Shown here: positions 1 through 12,843 of the stretch, one piece after another | How positions within the stretch are numbered: position 1 is the stretch's first letter | How the letters are laid out: each line of letters opens with the position of its first letter | DNA from: Podarcis pityusensis | Taxonomy: Eukaryota | NCBI GenBank assembly: GCA_964106645.2 | Contig: OZ067048.1 | DNA: 64,000 nucleotides | Direction: 5' to 3' (one strand) | Translations under genes and position numbers: made by a program | Notes under the pieces: model-generated | What the model was told of the DNA's origin: nothing | Seen by the model: only the letters and a program-made list of their open reading frames with translations | Databases searched by the model: none

Positions 1-1024
1 TACTGAAGCAATAGGTGGTATTCAACTAAGCTTTACTTCAAGTAGACCCACTGAAATGTGTGACATGACTTAAGTATTTTAATAGGTCTTCTCAGAAAAC
101 TTAGTTGAATACCACTCATTGTGCAGATGCTTTAACCTACTATGATAATTACTAAGTGCATATATTAAAATAGCAAGAAAAAATAAGACTATTTAATAGG
201 ACTGTTTTGTGGTGTTAAACACAAAAACATTCATGTAAGTCCAGGGTGCAAATTTCAGGGTGTACTCACTGCTGAATTGACCTCCTCTGAGGAACTCCAT
301 AGTGCAACCACTCCCTGCCCAAAGCAGCGTGATGTCAGTGCTGTTCTGCTCATTGGCACTGACAGCATCACTTGCCAAGGAACAACTGGGAGCAAATGAA
401 AATGCCCAATGTAAACGGCCGCACACACCTGTCAAAGCAGTCTATATGTTGGATCCAGTTTCCCACCCCTGCTCTAAGGTAGAGATGTGCATCTCTCACC
501 TGGTTTCTGGAGAATGTGTTTTTTCCTTCCCATTAGGTTTATTCAGACTTTTTGTCCAGTAAGCCCCTGAACTTCCACCAGCAAATCGAGGGACATCTGA
601 GTCCATCAATCCATTGTATGCTTTCTTATCTGAGTGGAGGAGGATCCACACCAACATCTCATAAAAAGGCCCTGACACATGTGGGAACTGCTAATTTTAG
701 GGAACAACACGAATCCACCAATGGGACTCAGTTCCCATGTCTTTTCTGCCATGTTCCCTCACAGAGCTGAAGAGGACAAGGAGCAAAGCCCCAAGAGTGG
801 CTGATGTAACCTGCTTGAGCAAGGCTTGTTCTAACACACGGAGCATCTTTTTGCTCCAGTGCCTGTTTATGACTGGGTTCCTTGTGCAGTGCTTGTGGGT
901 GCTCTGGAGTCCTCAGATTCGCCCCTTGGCATCCATTGAGCCAGCCTTCCAGCTGGCTGCTAAAACTTTATTCTAAAAGGAAAAGGAACCCTGCTGCTAC
1001 TGGGAAGGGATGTCCTATTCAACA

Positions 1025-1172
1025 ACAATAATAATTTATTATTTCTAACCCACCCTCCAGACTGTGTTGCCCCAACCACTCTGGGCAGCCTCCAACTTAT
1101 ATAAAAACATAATAAAACATTATCATTAAAAAACTTCCCTATCCAGGGCTGCCTTCTGATGTCTTCTAAAGG
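1025..1172 (-). mobile_element. L2-type LINE 3' tail
   Basis: Reverse-complement similarity to the 3' parts of 30476-30645 and 11277-11428. Confidence 0.65.
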
Positions 1173-1214
1173 TTGCATCTCATTGGCTTGGGGAAGGGGG
1201 TGTCACATAAACGC

Positions 1215-1349
1215 CATACCCTCCAACATTTCTCCAGTGAAACATTTCTCCTAAGGAAAAGTGGGACATTCCAGTATCAAATCAGAAACCGGGAAGACTT
1301 CTGTAAACCTGGGGCTGTCCCTGGAAAATATGGACACTTGGAGGGTCTG
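1215..1349. mobile_element. Short MITE, with a second copy in reverse orientation at 34548-34682
   Basis: TIRs CA(T/G)ACCCTCCAA; the two copies are reverse-complement homologs. Confidence 0.65.
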
Positions 1350-1474
1350 TTATTTTATTTGTTTATTGGATGTGTGTGTTGGTGTTTGCCATAGTGCTCC
1401 ACTGAATTCCTCCCTAAGACATTGCTCCTGTTTTAAAATGTCATTTTTCAAAAGTGCTGTCCTCACGTGTGTTA

Positions 1475-1786
<312 letters not shown>

Positions 1787-2703
1787 TTAAATATACTTTG
1801 TTTTACATTGCTCTAATCATGTTTTCTTTTGCTAAGAAGGCAGGACAGAATTAAATAATGTTATCTAGTAATACTAGGATAATAGTAAAGATGAGGATAA
1901 TCCTTTACTGCAGTGACCATACGATGAGCTGGCAGCTGAACAATAGTCTCAAGAACACTTTCTCCATTGCTACAACACACTGGGCACTTTTTTTTAGTGG
2001 TACTGTACTCCACTGCCAGGAGCACATTTTGGGGAATTCTGAATAAACAATTCAGAGTAATGTAGAAGCAGTAATTTATTACTTGCACTTTCTATTAATT
2101 TGTCTTTGCAAGGGTCAAATAACATAACCTGATAATCAGCCAACAACAAACACAAATCTTTGGTTGTACATCTTGCTTGAACATCACTCCTGTAGCCATA
2201 AAGTGATGGCAAAACAGCAACTAACAGTAAGTACATGCGGAATGCAAGTGCTGAAAAATTGAAGTGGAAGAGATTCAAGCCCATATTGGGGAATGTAGAC
2301 TTGTGCAATTAAAGTGGACGAAACTGCTTTATCCCCCACCATGCAACAAATCCACTTAAAAAAAGTAACAGACTCTTTTGTGGTCAGGAAAGTAATGGGG
2401 AAATGCATTTTTGAAAAGGGTGGAATGAATGAATGGCTTATAAACACCCCAAAAGGAAATCAGGATAAATTCAGGAAGCTTGCTCCTTGCAAATCAATAA
2501 GAATGAATGCTCAATAAAAAATGAATATAATCTAACTTCTACAAGCAAAACAGGATGAATGCTCAATATATAGGTTGTCTGCAGGAGCCCTGGAAAACAG
2601 GGAATGAGACATTCTGCAATATAGTACAATAGCTACCGGTATATTCTACCATATTGCACAACTGCTGAAAAAGCCAGTAAGACACAACAAGGACACTCAA
2701 TAA

Positions 2704-2782
2704 GAGCTGAGCTGAGCTGCTTCTCTGCTCAAAATGGCACTCGTTTTGCCATTTTGAGCAGAGAAGCAGCTCAGCTCAGCTC
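2704..2782. repeat. Perfect 36-bp inverted repeat with 7-nt loop
   Basis: 2704-2739 is the exact reverse complement of 2747-2782; the outer ends are (GAGCT)3. Confidence 0.95.
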
Positions 2783-3381
2783 ATGGATCTGGAAGTATGC
2801 ATTATTTAATTAATCCATTTATTTAAAATATTAATGATTCAAATATGCATTGCAGTATAAAAGAGAAATAAATAAAAATTATTAATACCAAGTACAACAT
2901 GTGTATGGAGAAGCAGCAAAAACTATAAGGCACAATGAAGCAGAATAAACATTAAAAATTCCATGACAAATAAAGGGTGACTTGGCTTAGCACTGAAAAG
3001 ATTTTAATTATGGCACCAAAGATCATCTTGTATAGCATACTTCCACTAAAGAAGGCACTCAGAGAATAACCTCAAATGAAGACTTTTAAGACATGGGCAG
3101 ACTGTTATGGGAAGAGTTGTTCCATTAGGCATTTGGGTCCCAAGCCATTTATGAATTCAGTGGTAGGTGCCAGCTCCTGGCTTTGGCTTTGAGGTGAACA
3201 GGCAGACAATGCAGTTCGTCCAATAAATTGTGTAATCCAAATCTACTTCACTAAACCAGCCATAATTTTGTAAGCCAAGTTCTACTTCAAGTCATCTTCA
3301 GGGACAACACCACTGGCGTGTCAAGGTCCCCAAGATACTCCCCCCCCCCCAAAAAAATAACACACACATCACATAGAATTT

Positions 3382-4275
3382 TTGTTTAAGGTTTTTGGCA
3401 TAATTTTGGCCACAACTTTATTAACATACATGGATGTGAGTGGTTGCTTAGGCATTGGTTAGGACTATCTGTCCCCACGCCCAGGGACAGAACTGACTTC
3501 TGGATTCCAGCGAAAGTCAGTAAGGGGAAACAATATTGGGGAGAAACTGGAGCTGTGCCACAGGCCCTCACCTTCTCCCCGCATGCTCCCAGGAGCTTAC
3601 GCGGGCCAAACTCGATTCCAGGGATTTGGACGAAAGCATGGCAAGCCCCTGAATTCCTTTAACGGAATTCCCGTGCAGCAGCAGCATTGGAGGGGCAGGC
3701 ACAGCCAATCCATACCCCTCCTCCAACCAATTTTTAACCAATGCCTAACCACAACCTTACAAGTTGTGACGATTTGCTATGCAGTAGGCAAAGACCAAAT
3801 GGCACCGGCCAATCAGCCAAATGGACAAAATTCCTACCAGGCCCCTGCCCCAACGGCAGACAACCCCATGACAGGCATAGCAAGGTCAACACACAAAACC
3901 TAAAATAAGGGAGGGAGGGTGGGTGATCCGGTGCACGCAGTGAAAGAGAAAACTGAACGCTGTGTGCACTGCTTAAAAAACCTCTGTTCCCTCCCCCTAA
4001 TTAGCAACATCAGAATTACCCCAGCAACTCAAACTACCAATCCCTGCCAGAGACCAACCACCCCAACCCGCCTGGCAATAGAGGGGTGGCTTGGCTGGCC
4101 CCCAGCACAACACGGGCTCTCTTTTAATGAGAACACGCCATACAAGACAGTACAGAAATCCAGCTGGGAGGTCCCCAGAGCAAGGATCACTGTCCCAGGC
4201 AACCCATGTAGATGGCAGGCAAGAGGCACTCAATGCCACTGAGGACACCTGGGCCGCCAAGCACCAGCCCCCTGT
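3382..4275 (-). mobile_element. Unclassified interspersed repeat, possibly DIRS/Ngaro-derived; boundaries approximate
   Basis: GC-richer block whose left end carries GCCACAACTTTATT (minus strand AATAAAGTTGTGGC). A near-identical end motif occurs at ~25541-25555. No recognisable protein motif. Confidence 0.3.
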
Positions 4276-6482
4276 ATAGGCAGGTTTGTGTCCCATAAAG
4301 ACTGTAAAGTATAGATACATATTTTAGGATCTGTGGTCACTGTGAGACCAAGTACCATTCTAGTTTCACCCAATGCACCCTGCGAAGTGATCCCAGTCAC
4401 TTCACATGCTTCTTGTAAAAGGACAGATTTCCCTATGGCAGCAATGTAGGCCCAGGTTCACATTCACAGTGCGCATATCTGCACTGATAGTATTTTTGAA
4501 ATTTAAAAAATCTCAATTTTTGGTAACAGGGCAAGATGTTGGAATTCCAACCAAACCTCCAAAATCCTGGCCATTGAGCCACTGCATACAAACAGCTTTC
4601 CAAGCAATAACAGAAATCACGCGGAGAATTCCAAGCAACCTCCACAAAGTAGCCAAAACCACTTAACAACCACCTTGCACTATTATTGATTGGCATAGCT
4701 AATATTTACACCTTTGAAGCACTTAAACTATTTTGTCTCATAAATGTTAGTTATCTTGAAATAAGTTGGTTCAGCAGCTTTTGAAGTTAAAGCCCTCTGC
4801 CGCGCCACATCATAGCTTTCTGTGCATGTGCCCCTTGTTCCTCAGGATGATGGCAAACCTCCATCTAGGTGTGCAAAGCCTTAGGGTGGGCAGCAGAAGC
4901 AGCCGCTGCCAGCAAGGCTCTGTGTGCTGGCATCTGAAAGCAAGCCAGGTGCAAAGGCAGACTTGAGATTCTTGTGCCCCAGGCCAGCAGAGCTGGAATG
5001 TATCAAAGAAAGGCTGTGCTTGGACTCAGGGGACCCGAGTCTGACAGCTCATTCTGTGGGCTGATTAGAGTTACATAAGCATCGGAGGCTGCTTGCTTGC
5101 TTAGTTGGCATTGATGAAAGAGAGAAAGGGATTAGTCTTCGAATGGAAGACAGTGGGCTGAAAGGTCTTTTGAAAAAGCCACAAAAAAGCTTGAGATGAA
5201 GAGTCCAAGTTAATGCGAGCTTTTTCATAGACTAGCCAACAACAGAACACATGCCAGTTAAAGTGGGTGGGCGGGTAAGAGGAGCAGAGATCTGTTTTTA
5301 CCCAGACACTTCAGAATGAATGCAACTTTCTATCACGTCAAGAGGCCTGGTGCCTCAACCAATAAAGTCTCCATGATCCATATTTCCTGCTATTCAGAAT
5401 CCCCATGTTATGTTGGCCATGGAGCATACTCACCACAAAACTTCTTGTTCACTGGTTAGAATTACTTTCTTTATGTAGAACTACAGCAGGTAACACTCAA
5501 ATTATTTTCTTCAGATCATTTGGATGAGTCTTCACTATCAGATTATTATTTTCCCTTTCTTTCTTGGAGAAGAGTAACCCTTTCCCAAACAGAGCTAGTG
5601 AGGAGAAATGGAAATGCTGAGAAAGGAAAAAGGTCTCCTCCCGTGCTGCAGAGGCAAAGTGGACAAGGAGTGTGGGGAGGGATCTTAAAGATCATCCAGT
5701 CCGCTGCCTCTTGATGGGTCACTCCCTGCCCCAGTGAGCCCAAAATATGGGGTTTGGTGGGGCAAGCTCATCCCGGTTAAGTATGGGAACACCTATCTCT
5801 TCATCAAAGAAACGTCAGGCATCTCCAGTTTCCTGCATTTTTCAAACTTAACCAGTATGTCTCTGTCCTTATTTCTCTCCCGCTCCCACCACAATCCTCT
5901 CAAATTTTATTCTATTGCTCTTGTACACTAGTTGTTTCATTTTGCATTAATTTCATCTCATGGGTCACAGTGCTAATATCAGAAATTATGGATGAATCTA
6001 CACTTAAGGTTTTTAATGTTCAGGAAGGGTTAAGGAATGGTTTGGATAACATATGTGGATAACACATAACGTCTTACTTTTAACATTCAGAATGTGTTAT
6101 TAAAATGTGACACAAGAGGGTGGTGCAGAGTGCAACCAGGAGTAGGGAGACAGCATTTTGGTGAAAAAAACAAAGGTAATAAATTCTTTATTTTACAAGT
6201 GACATTTTAGAACAATGTATCTAATATGGTTCTAATAACATTAAATAGGTCAGTGTAGATCCAGCCTATGTTGCCATTGGGGGAAGAAAGGGATTTTACA
6301 TTATATTCAGCAGAGAAACAATCTATGACTCTCCTTTGTGGCATTCAGTAAAAAGTGACCTGGGTTCACATTTTTCATAGCTTAGCCCAGGACCAATTCT
6401 TGCATTTCAATTTTTATCCAAAATCATACCCGTGAAATATAAAGTGCCAAGGATTTATAGTATACCTGTATCTACTCATAAG

Positions 6483-6828
6483 GGGCGTGGGTGGCACTGT
6501 GGTCTAACCCACAGAGCCTAGGGCTTGCCGATCAGAAGGTCGGCTGCTCGAATCCCCCCGACGGAGTGAGCTCCCGTTGCTCGGTCCCTGCTCCTGCCAA
6601 CCTAGCAGCTCGAAAGCACGTCAAAGTGCAAGTAGATAAATAGGTACCGCTCCGGTGAGAAGGTAAACGGTGTTTCTGTGCGTTGCTCTGGTTTGCCAGA
6701 AGCGGCTTAGTCATGCTGGCCACATGACCCAGAAGCTGTACGCCAACTCCCTTGGCAAGGTGAGCGCCGCAACCCCAGAGTCGTTTGTGACTGGACCTAA
6801 TGGTCAGAGGTCCCTTTACCCTTTACTT
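6483..6828 (+). mobile_element. Sauria SINE, full length
   Basis: tRNA-like head GGGCGTGGGTGGCACTGTGG..., CCTTTA-type tail, and a 14-bp TSD TATCTACTCATAAG (6469-6482, 6829-6842). Confidence 0.9.
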
Positions 6829-8789
6829 TATCTACTCATAAGTCTGGACTCTCTATATGCTATACAGGCAATGCTTAAAATGGGCTAGAGTGATGCCTTA
6901 CTTTAGTCGCTGCACTAATGTACAGAGTCAACAAGTGCTTCTGCATTGTGTGGAAATGTCCTAAGTCAGTGACATCATGGTCTGTTCACACATGATGTGG
7001 AAGTACATATTGACAGTTCTCCATATCATGACCACACCAGGTATAAATGGACGCTATTTCAATTGTTCTCAGCTCAACATGCTTCAGACTTAGGTTGCTG
7101 GCTTGCTATTTGAATTGCAGGAAGATGTGGTATACATTCTTCCAGTGTTACAATCTGTGCCATGGAAGTGACTCCTAGATGATTGAAAAGTGACCCTCCA
7201 CCCGCTTTGAGTTCCATAGGGATTGTATAATGCAATGATGCAGGAAAATGACAGTGTGTGGCGCAGAGTGCTCATGTCAAAACTGGAGTTATATAGTACA
7301 CAGCTTTCAAAATAGCAACTGACCTTTTCTATTTCTGATTTCAGTAGGTTCTCTTCCTGACACCATAGTCCCTTATTTTTAGACTACAGCAGACTTTTCC
7401 GCAGAAGAGTATCTTCAAAGGTTACTTATAGCTAAGATGTGAGTTTCACTGAAGGCTTAAATAAAATATCAACAACATGGACATGTACAGAAAAGAAGCA
7501 TTATCAGTTAGATCTTAAGATGCTGTTAAAAATGATAGTTATTTACTTTAGTAAGAAAGCAACAATTTATTATATACTGGATTTACACTTCATGCTACAG
7601 CCCATATTTTATTTCTGTTTCTTAAATCTTATTGGCTTTGTGAAGTACCAGCTGCTCATACTTCTCAACTTCATCTCTATAACTCTCTTGGAAAGTGTGA
7701 AGGCTTTTTGCCAAAGATAGGTTGCCTCCTACAAGCCCAAGAAATAAACTGATTTGCTTTTCTCTGTGAGTGTTAAATGTCATTTGCCTAAACCATGGAA
7801 TTTGGAGCCCAGTTCAGAGTTGGGGAGTTGACCACACAGAAACAGGCTCAAACAACATTTACATTGAGATCATTATTTTACCTCAGAGTAAAAAATCACC
7901 CAGGTTTTAAGATTGGTCAGAAGAAGAGTGAATGGACAGAGGCTACAAAACCCCTTTCTCTCTGCTGGCTATTTTTCAGCTCATAATCATTCCAAACTGT
8001 GTTTTTACGTACTGGGAGGTGAAAAAGTGGGGATCAAGATGAAGAAACATTGTGGGGGAGAGTTTATGAGTTGGAAAAGGACCAGAGAGAAAAGGGTTAA
8101 GCAACTTCTGGCTTATTAGACTCCAGACTGATTATTGCCTTAAAAATTCTCTCCATCTGAAAATGACCAGAGGGGAAAGGATTAAGCTGCCTCTCTCCAT
8201 CTTCCCTCTCTCTGCCCCCACTAGCAGCCTGCCTAGACTGACCTCGGGTCCTGTGCTGCTCAGACTGTTCATAGGAACAGCACCTTCTTCTCAGAGATGC
8301 CTTGTGCCAGAAGAAGGATGCCAAACAAATGAGGCCTATAGATGGGATTTGTTATTTCAAAGGAAGTCTATGTCATTTCTTCCCTATGTTCCTTTAGCAA
8401 GCAACCAGTGTATTTTGTTGCATAGTTTTGTGGTATTTTTAAAAGAGAGCTTAACATTTCCTTGTTTTATAGGAAGGTGTACACTAAATTTAGGAGCATA
8501 AGCTCAAAAGCAGTAAAGCGCTTTCCTGGATAAAGTAAATAAATACACTTGGAAATGAATACCTAAGACCCTTTTTTGACTTTGACCTTTTTGCTTCATT
8601 TCCTGATTCTTATTAATTATTTACTTAGGACAATTTAATTCAGTCTGTTTTAGGAGATGACATTTTCTGTTTAAAATTTGAATGTGCAAAAATCTGAACC
8701 AAGAAGGGAATTGAAGTTAGAGCTCCTAATATCTTGCAGTGAAATCTATTAAGAAAGGGCAGAAAATGGGTGGCGGTGAGCACTGATTA

Positions 8790-9040
8790 GGTAAAAAGGT
8801 AAAGGACCCCTGGATGGTTAAGTCCACTCGGAGGTGACTATGGGGTGCGGCGCTCATCTCATTTTTCGGGCCAAAGGAGCCGGCGTTTGTCCACAGACAG
8901 TTTTCTGGGTCATGTGGCCAGCAGGACTAAACTGCATCTGGCACAACAGGACACTGTGACGAGTGCCAGAGCACACGGAAATGCCGTTTATGTTCCTGCA
9001 GCAGTGGTGCCTATTTATCTACTCGCACTGGCGTGCTTTC
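8790..9040 (-). mobile_element. Sauria SINE, 5'-truncated
   Basis: Begins with the reverse-complement tail GGTAAAAAGGTAAAGG and is homologous to the 3' two-thirds of the other copies. Confidence 0.85.
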
Positions 9041-11276
9041 TAGGCTCCCCCTCTTTCCCCTGCAGTGCTGACCCTTCACAACCTTTCACTTTGATATCCT
9101 GCAATCTTGGTGGGATCATTTTTATAAATAGACGATCAGAATAAAAGTACCCAGGAAACAAAAAAGATGCTTAAAAACGAATGAAAGAAAAAGTTCAAAC
9201 CTTTCCTAGGTTTGAGATTTCTGAAAGTCTGAAAATTTCACAATTTGTGGCTCTCCCCACAAAAAGCCAGTTTCCTTTGAAGCTTCACTACCCAGCAGAA
9301 AGAATGGAATCTGCTTAAAACTGAAGCACATCCTTGACTTCTTTATCACATGTTGGTGTCAGTCAGTCAATTGACCAATAGGAATGTTGGTGGAAGACTA
9401 ACACCTCCCTCCTGCTGGTGTCTGGGGTGGAGCTTTTTAAAAGAGATTTCCCAAAGTTGTTGAGCTGCCCAGCAACCCCCGTGATGCCCTACACCCCCTG
9501 TGCCCCCCCCCGTTTCCTACGCTACTAACAGTATTGGAGAGAGATCCTTAATGTGGCATAAAGGTCAGACACGTCTCTGGCCCCATAATGTGATTCCGCA
9601 TATGGCCCTCGTGTTTTTTTATTTAAGTCTTTCCTGCCTGGCCCAAGAATAAACTGCTCAGAGCCGAGCGTGCTCAATGTGTCTCCGAAGCACCTTCTTT
9701 CTTTCATTTGTTCCTCTTTTCTCTTGAGAGAGCCCTGCTTTCTTAGCATCCACTTCTTATGCACAGGGAATAACAGAACTTTGAAGTATGTCTCCTAAAA
9801 TACTGATAATCATCCTCAATTAAAATGAATAATGAATTTTAATTTGCTACTTACCCTTAGGATACAGTTGAGTAGCTAAGAGCTCATTTCAGCTTATACA
9901 CTGACTTGAGTTCTCTTAGGGATCCATTTTGAATTAATGCCGTATTGGCTCCATGGCTTTACTCTGGTGCTTGGAAGTATTTATTTGTATCATTTTATCA
10001 CACATTCTCTTTCTTAACTAGAACTAATATTACTGGCCCCAACGCTTCAGTACTGCTAGGTCATTTGTGATAAATGGCATGCTTCTGAACCCCAGTCCAA
10101 AAGACTGGTATATATTTTTCTGGAGGAGCTAAGAGTGGGACAGCACCAGGAGAAAAGTCAGTGAACCAGAGGCAATTAGTTGCATTAGTTTTATAAATGG
10201 AATTTACAGCAACAGAGATTAAGCTACAGATGAGCTTTGCTACAGGATTCTCTGCTGATGTTTAAGAGACACCAACAACAGGATTTGATGAGCTCAAATT
10301 CAGGTTTCTAAACAGGGACATTAGGGATCTTCATTTTGGGTCATCCATTAACACTTATTCTCATGTGAACGTATCAGTAGTTTTAAGGAAAACACTCACG
10401 GGCTGTAAATACAACAGGATAAACATTTCTTGTTGAGGGCAATCATTGCAGTTGTTTCCCTGGTGCTTTTGACTCACCCACCCCTTGCTTGCTGACTTAT
10501 ATCTCACATCAGGCCTGGCAAGGATGAGCATGGTTTTGCCCAAAACAGGCTCTGAAGCCTAGCAGGCCAGAGGATCCCCACCTGTGGACAAATGGAAGGG
10601 GCTAGCCCTGGTCTCATGATGGTTTGCTTTTCATTTCTCATGACTTATTGATTTATTTAAAATATTCCTATACTGTACTGCCTTTCATTTAAAAAGAAAC
10701 AAAGCAAAGCAAAGCTTAAAGGTAGAATCACAGCAATTTGTGAAAAGACATGAAAAGTACCGCAAGGCAAGCAGCAACTCTTGCGCCAGTGCAGTTCACA
10801 ATAAGATGATTTTACTGGCAAGCAAAGTGTTCCTCTCCTGCTCTGTTCAAACATTATAGCAAGGCTACAGATGCATTTTGTAATGTTTTTCAGTGACAGG
10901 GATGCCTTTACCACGGCTGCAGTCAAGGCTAACTACAGGGCGAAGCTGGTTTTGAGGACCTAAAAACTGACTGTACCACATTTTTGCTGTTCCTTGGGTA
11001 GTAAGGATGCTTAATTTGATTCTGTCAATTGCAATTAAAACACATCTGATCTGCACCTCCTGGACTATTCTGCATCTCATAATGTTTTATCATCACTTGG
11101 ATTTCATACTCCTCTGAATATTGTGATGCAAGAGTGAGGCTCCAAAATTATACAAAATGCATATTTAAATATGGTGTTGTTGTTTTTAAATAGCATTTAA
11201 ACATGTACTTAAACACAAGTTTTATTTTTAAAAATGAAGATTAAGCTTGAAACATGGCAGAAAAGACTTATGGATA

Positions 11277-11428
11277 GTGTTTTTAATGTTTTTAATATTT
11301 GATGTTTTATTGTGCTTTTAATTCTGTTGGGAGCTGCCCAGAGTGGGAGGAGGAAACCCAGTCCGATGGGCGGGGTATGTATAAACAAACAAACAAACAA
11401 ATAAATAAATAGATAGATAGATAGATAG
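11277..11428 (+). mobile_element. L2-type LINE 3' tail with (AAAC)n(AAAT)n(AGAT)n microsatellite
   Basis: TTTTAATG...GAGCTGCCCAGAGTGG...GATGGGCGGGGTAT followed by tetranucleotide repeats. Confidence 0.65.
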
Positions 11429-12744
11429 CAGATGTGAAACTGATGCAGATCAGAATGGTTGAACTTTGGCATAGAGGGAGTTGCTTAGCTCGAGTGGATA
11501 GCTGTGGAGGCTGGTCTCTTAAGAGGAGAGGGGCACATGCCCACCGCCCTCAGCCTGCCTTCACCCGGCTCTCCCTTGCCTGCCTTCTTACAGCCAAGCC
11601 AGTAGGTGGCACTTCTTGTTACTTGCCTCTTCCTTAGTCTAACTGTAGCTCTTGCAGAACTCCAGGGAGGAGGATGGAGTCTGTTTTGCTTGTCAGGGGC
11701 TCTTGTTCCACCTACTGTTGGTCTTCTTGTCTTCTTCCCAGCCAGCCCCATTGGGCACCAGCCACTACTTACAAGAAGGAATTGCCTGTGTAGAGGCACC
11801 CAAAAGGGAACACACAGAAGCTTGCAGAGCCATCACAGACACATTTTGGGGCAGAAGCGGCTTTTCTTTCAGAATATGCTGAGAAGGCACAGAACAGTTA
11901 TAGCCTGTCCTCCCAGTTAAACTAGTTTAGCTCTCTGCCTGTGAGCTGCTTTTTAAGCAGTCTTAATTTTTTGAAAAGCAGTGTTATGTTTGTAGGTTTT
12001 TTAAAATTTCATTTTAACGGATATTTGTAAACTCCAACTCTTAACAAGCATCAAAATCATTAAAGCTTTAAAACTTTTAAATCTTTAAAATATTAAATTT
12101 TCAAAATGCAGAACAAATGACCAGCACTGAAGCAAATTCTCTAAAAATGCTTGGCAAAACAAATAGGTTTTTGGTAGGCAATGGAACATAAGGATTGCAT
12201 GTGCCTATTTGATTTCAATGGGAACTTCAGAACTCAAGTTGCTTTTCAGAGTACAGTGGAACCTCGATTTATGTACGGCTCTACTTACGTACGATTCCAG
12301 TTACAACCCTCAGCAGGTGCTTCGACTTATGAACTTTCCTCTAGATACGAACAGAGGCCTTGCTGGCCGGCTGGCCGGCTGTGGGGCAGCGCTGGGGCCT
12401 CTGCGGCCGGGGAGAGGCCTCTGGTTTGCCGGAGCTCAGTCCGCCGGCGGCGGAGCACTTGTCTATGTGACTGTGTGGCACCTGTGTGGCACTTCAGCTA
12501 CTGGTTGATTGTGTGACTGCATAATGGATAAAAGCCCCCCCTCCCCCGTCCAAACAATGACTACTGTATCATCAGTGCCCGTAAGAAAAAACATAAATGT
12601 TAATTTTTTTTTCATCTACAATACTGTCTTATTTATTTTATAGTACAGTACATTGATTATTGCCTTCATTTTATGGATCTATGGTCTCATTAGACAGTAA
12701 AATCCTTCCAGTAGCACCTTTAAGACCAACTAAGTTAGTTCTTG

Positions 12745-12782
12745 GTATGAGCTTTCGTGTGCAAGCACACTTCTTCAGATAC
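12745..12782 (-). ncRNA. Minimal type I hammerhead ribozyme motif (minus-strand copy, sense to the RORB pre-mRNA)
   Basis: Exact reverse-complement copy of 12806-12843 within the perfect inverted repeat. Confidence 0.7.
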
Positions 12783-12805
12783 ACTGAAACAGAAGTTGTT
12801 TCAGT

Positions 12806-12843
12806 GTATCTGAAGAAGTGTGCTTGCACACGAAAGCTCATAC
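12806..12843 (+). ncRNA. Minimal type I hammerhead ribozyme motif (plus-strand copy)
   Basis: Stem I GTAT/ATAC, core CTGAAGA (12810-12816) plus an extra A, stem II GTGTGC-TT-GCACAC, GAAA (12832-12835), palindromic AGCT in place of stem III, and a predicted UC cleavage site after 12839. Confidence 0.7.

Noticed and set aside
6242-6252. Perfect RORE consensus TAAATAGGTCA (possible autoregulation)
   Set aside because: About one match is expected by chance in 64 kb of AT-rich DNA, and there is no supporting context without conservation data.
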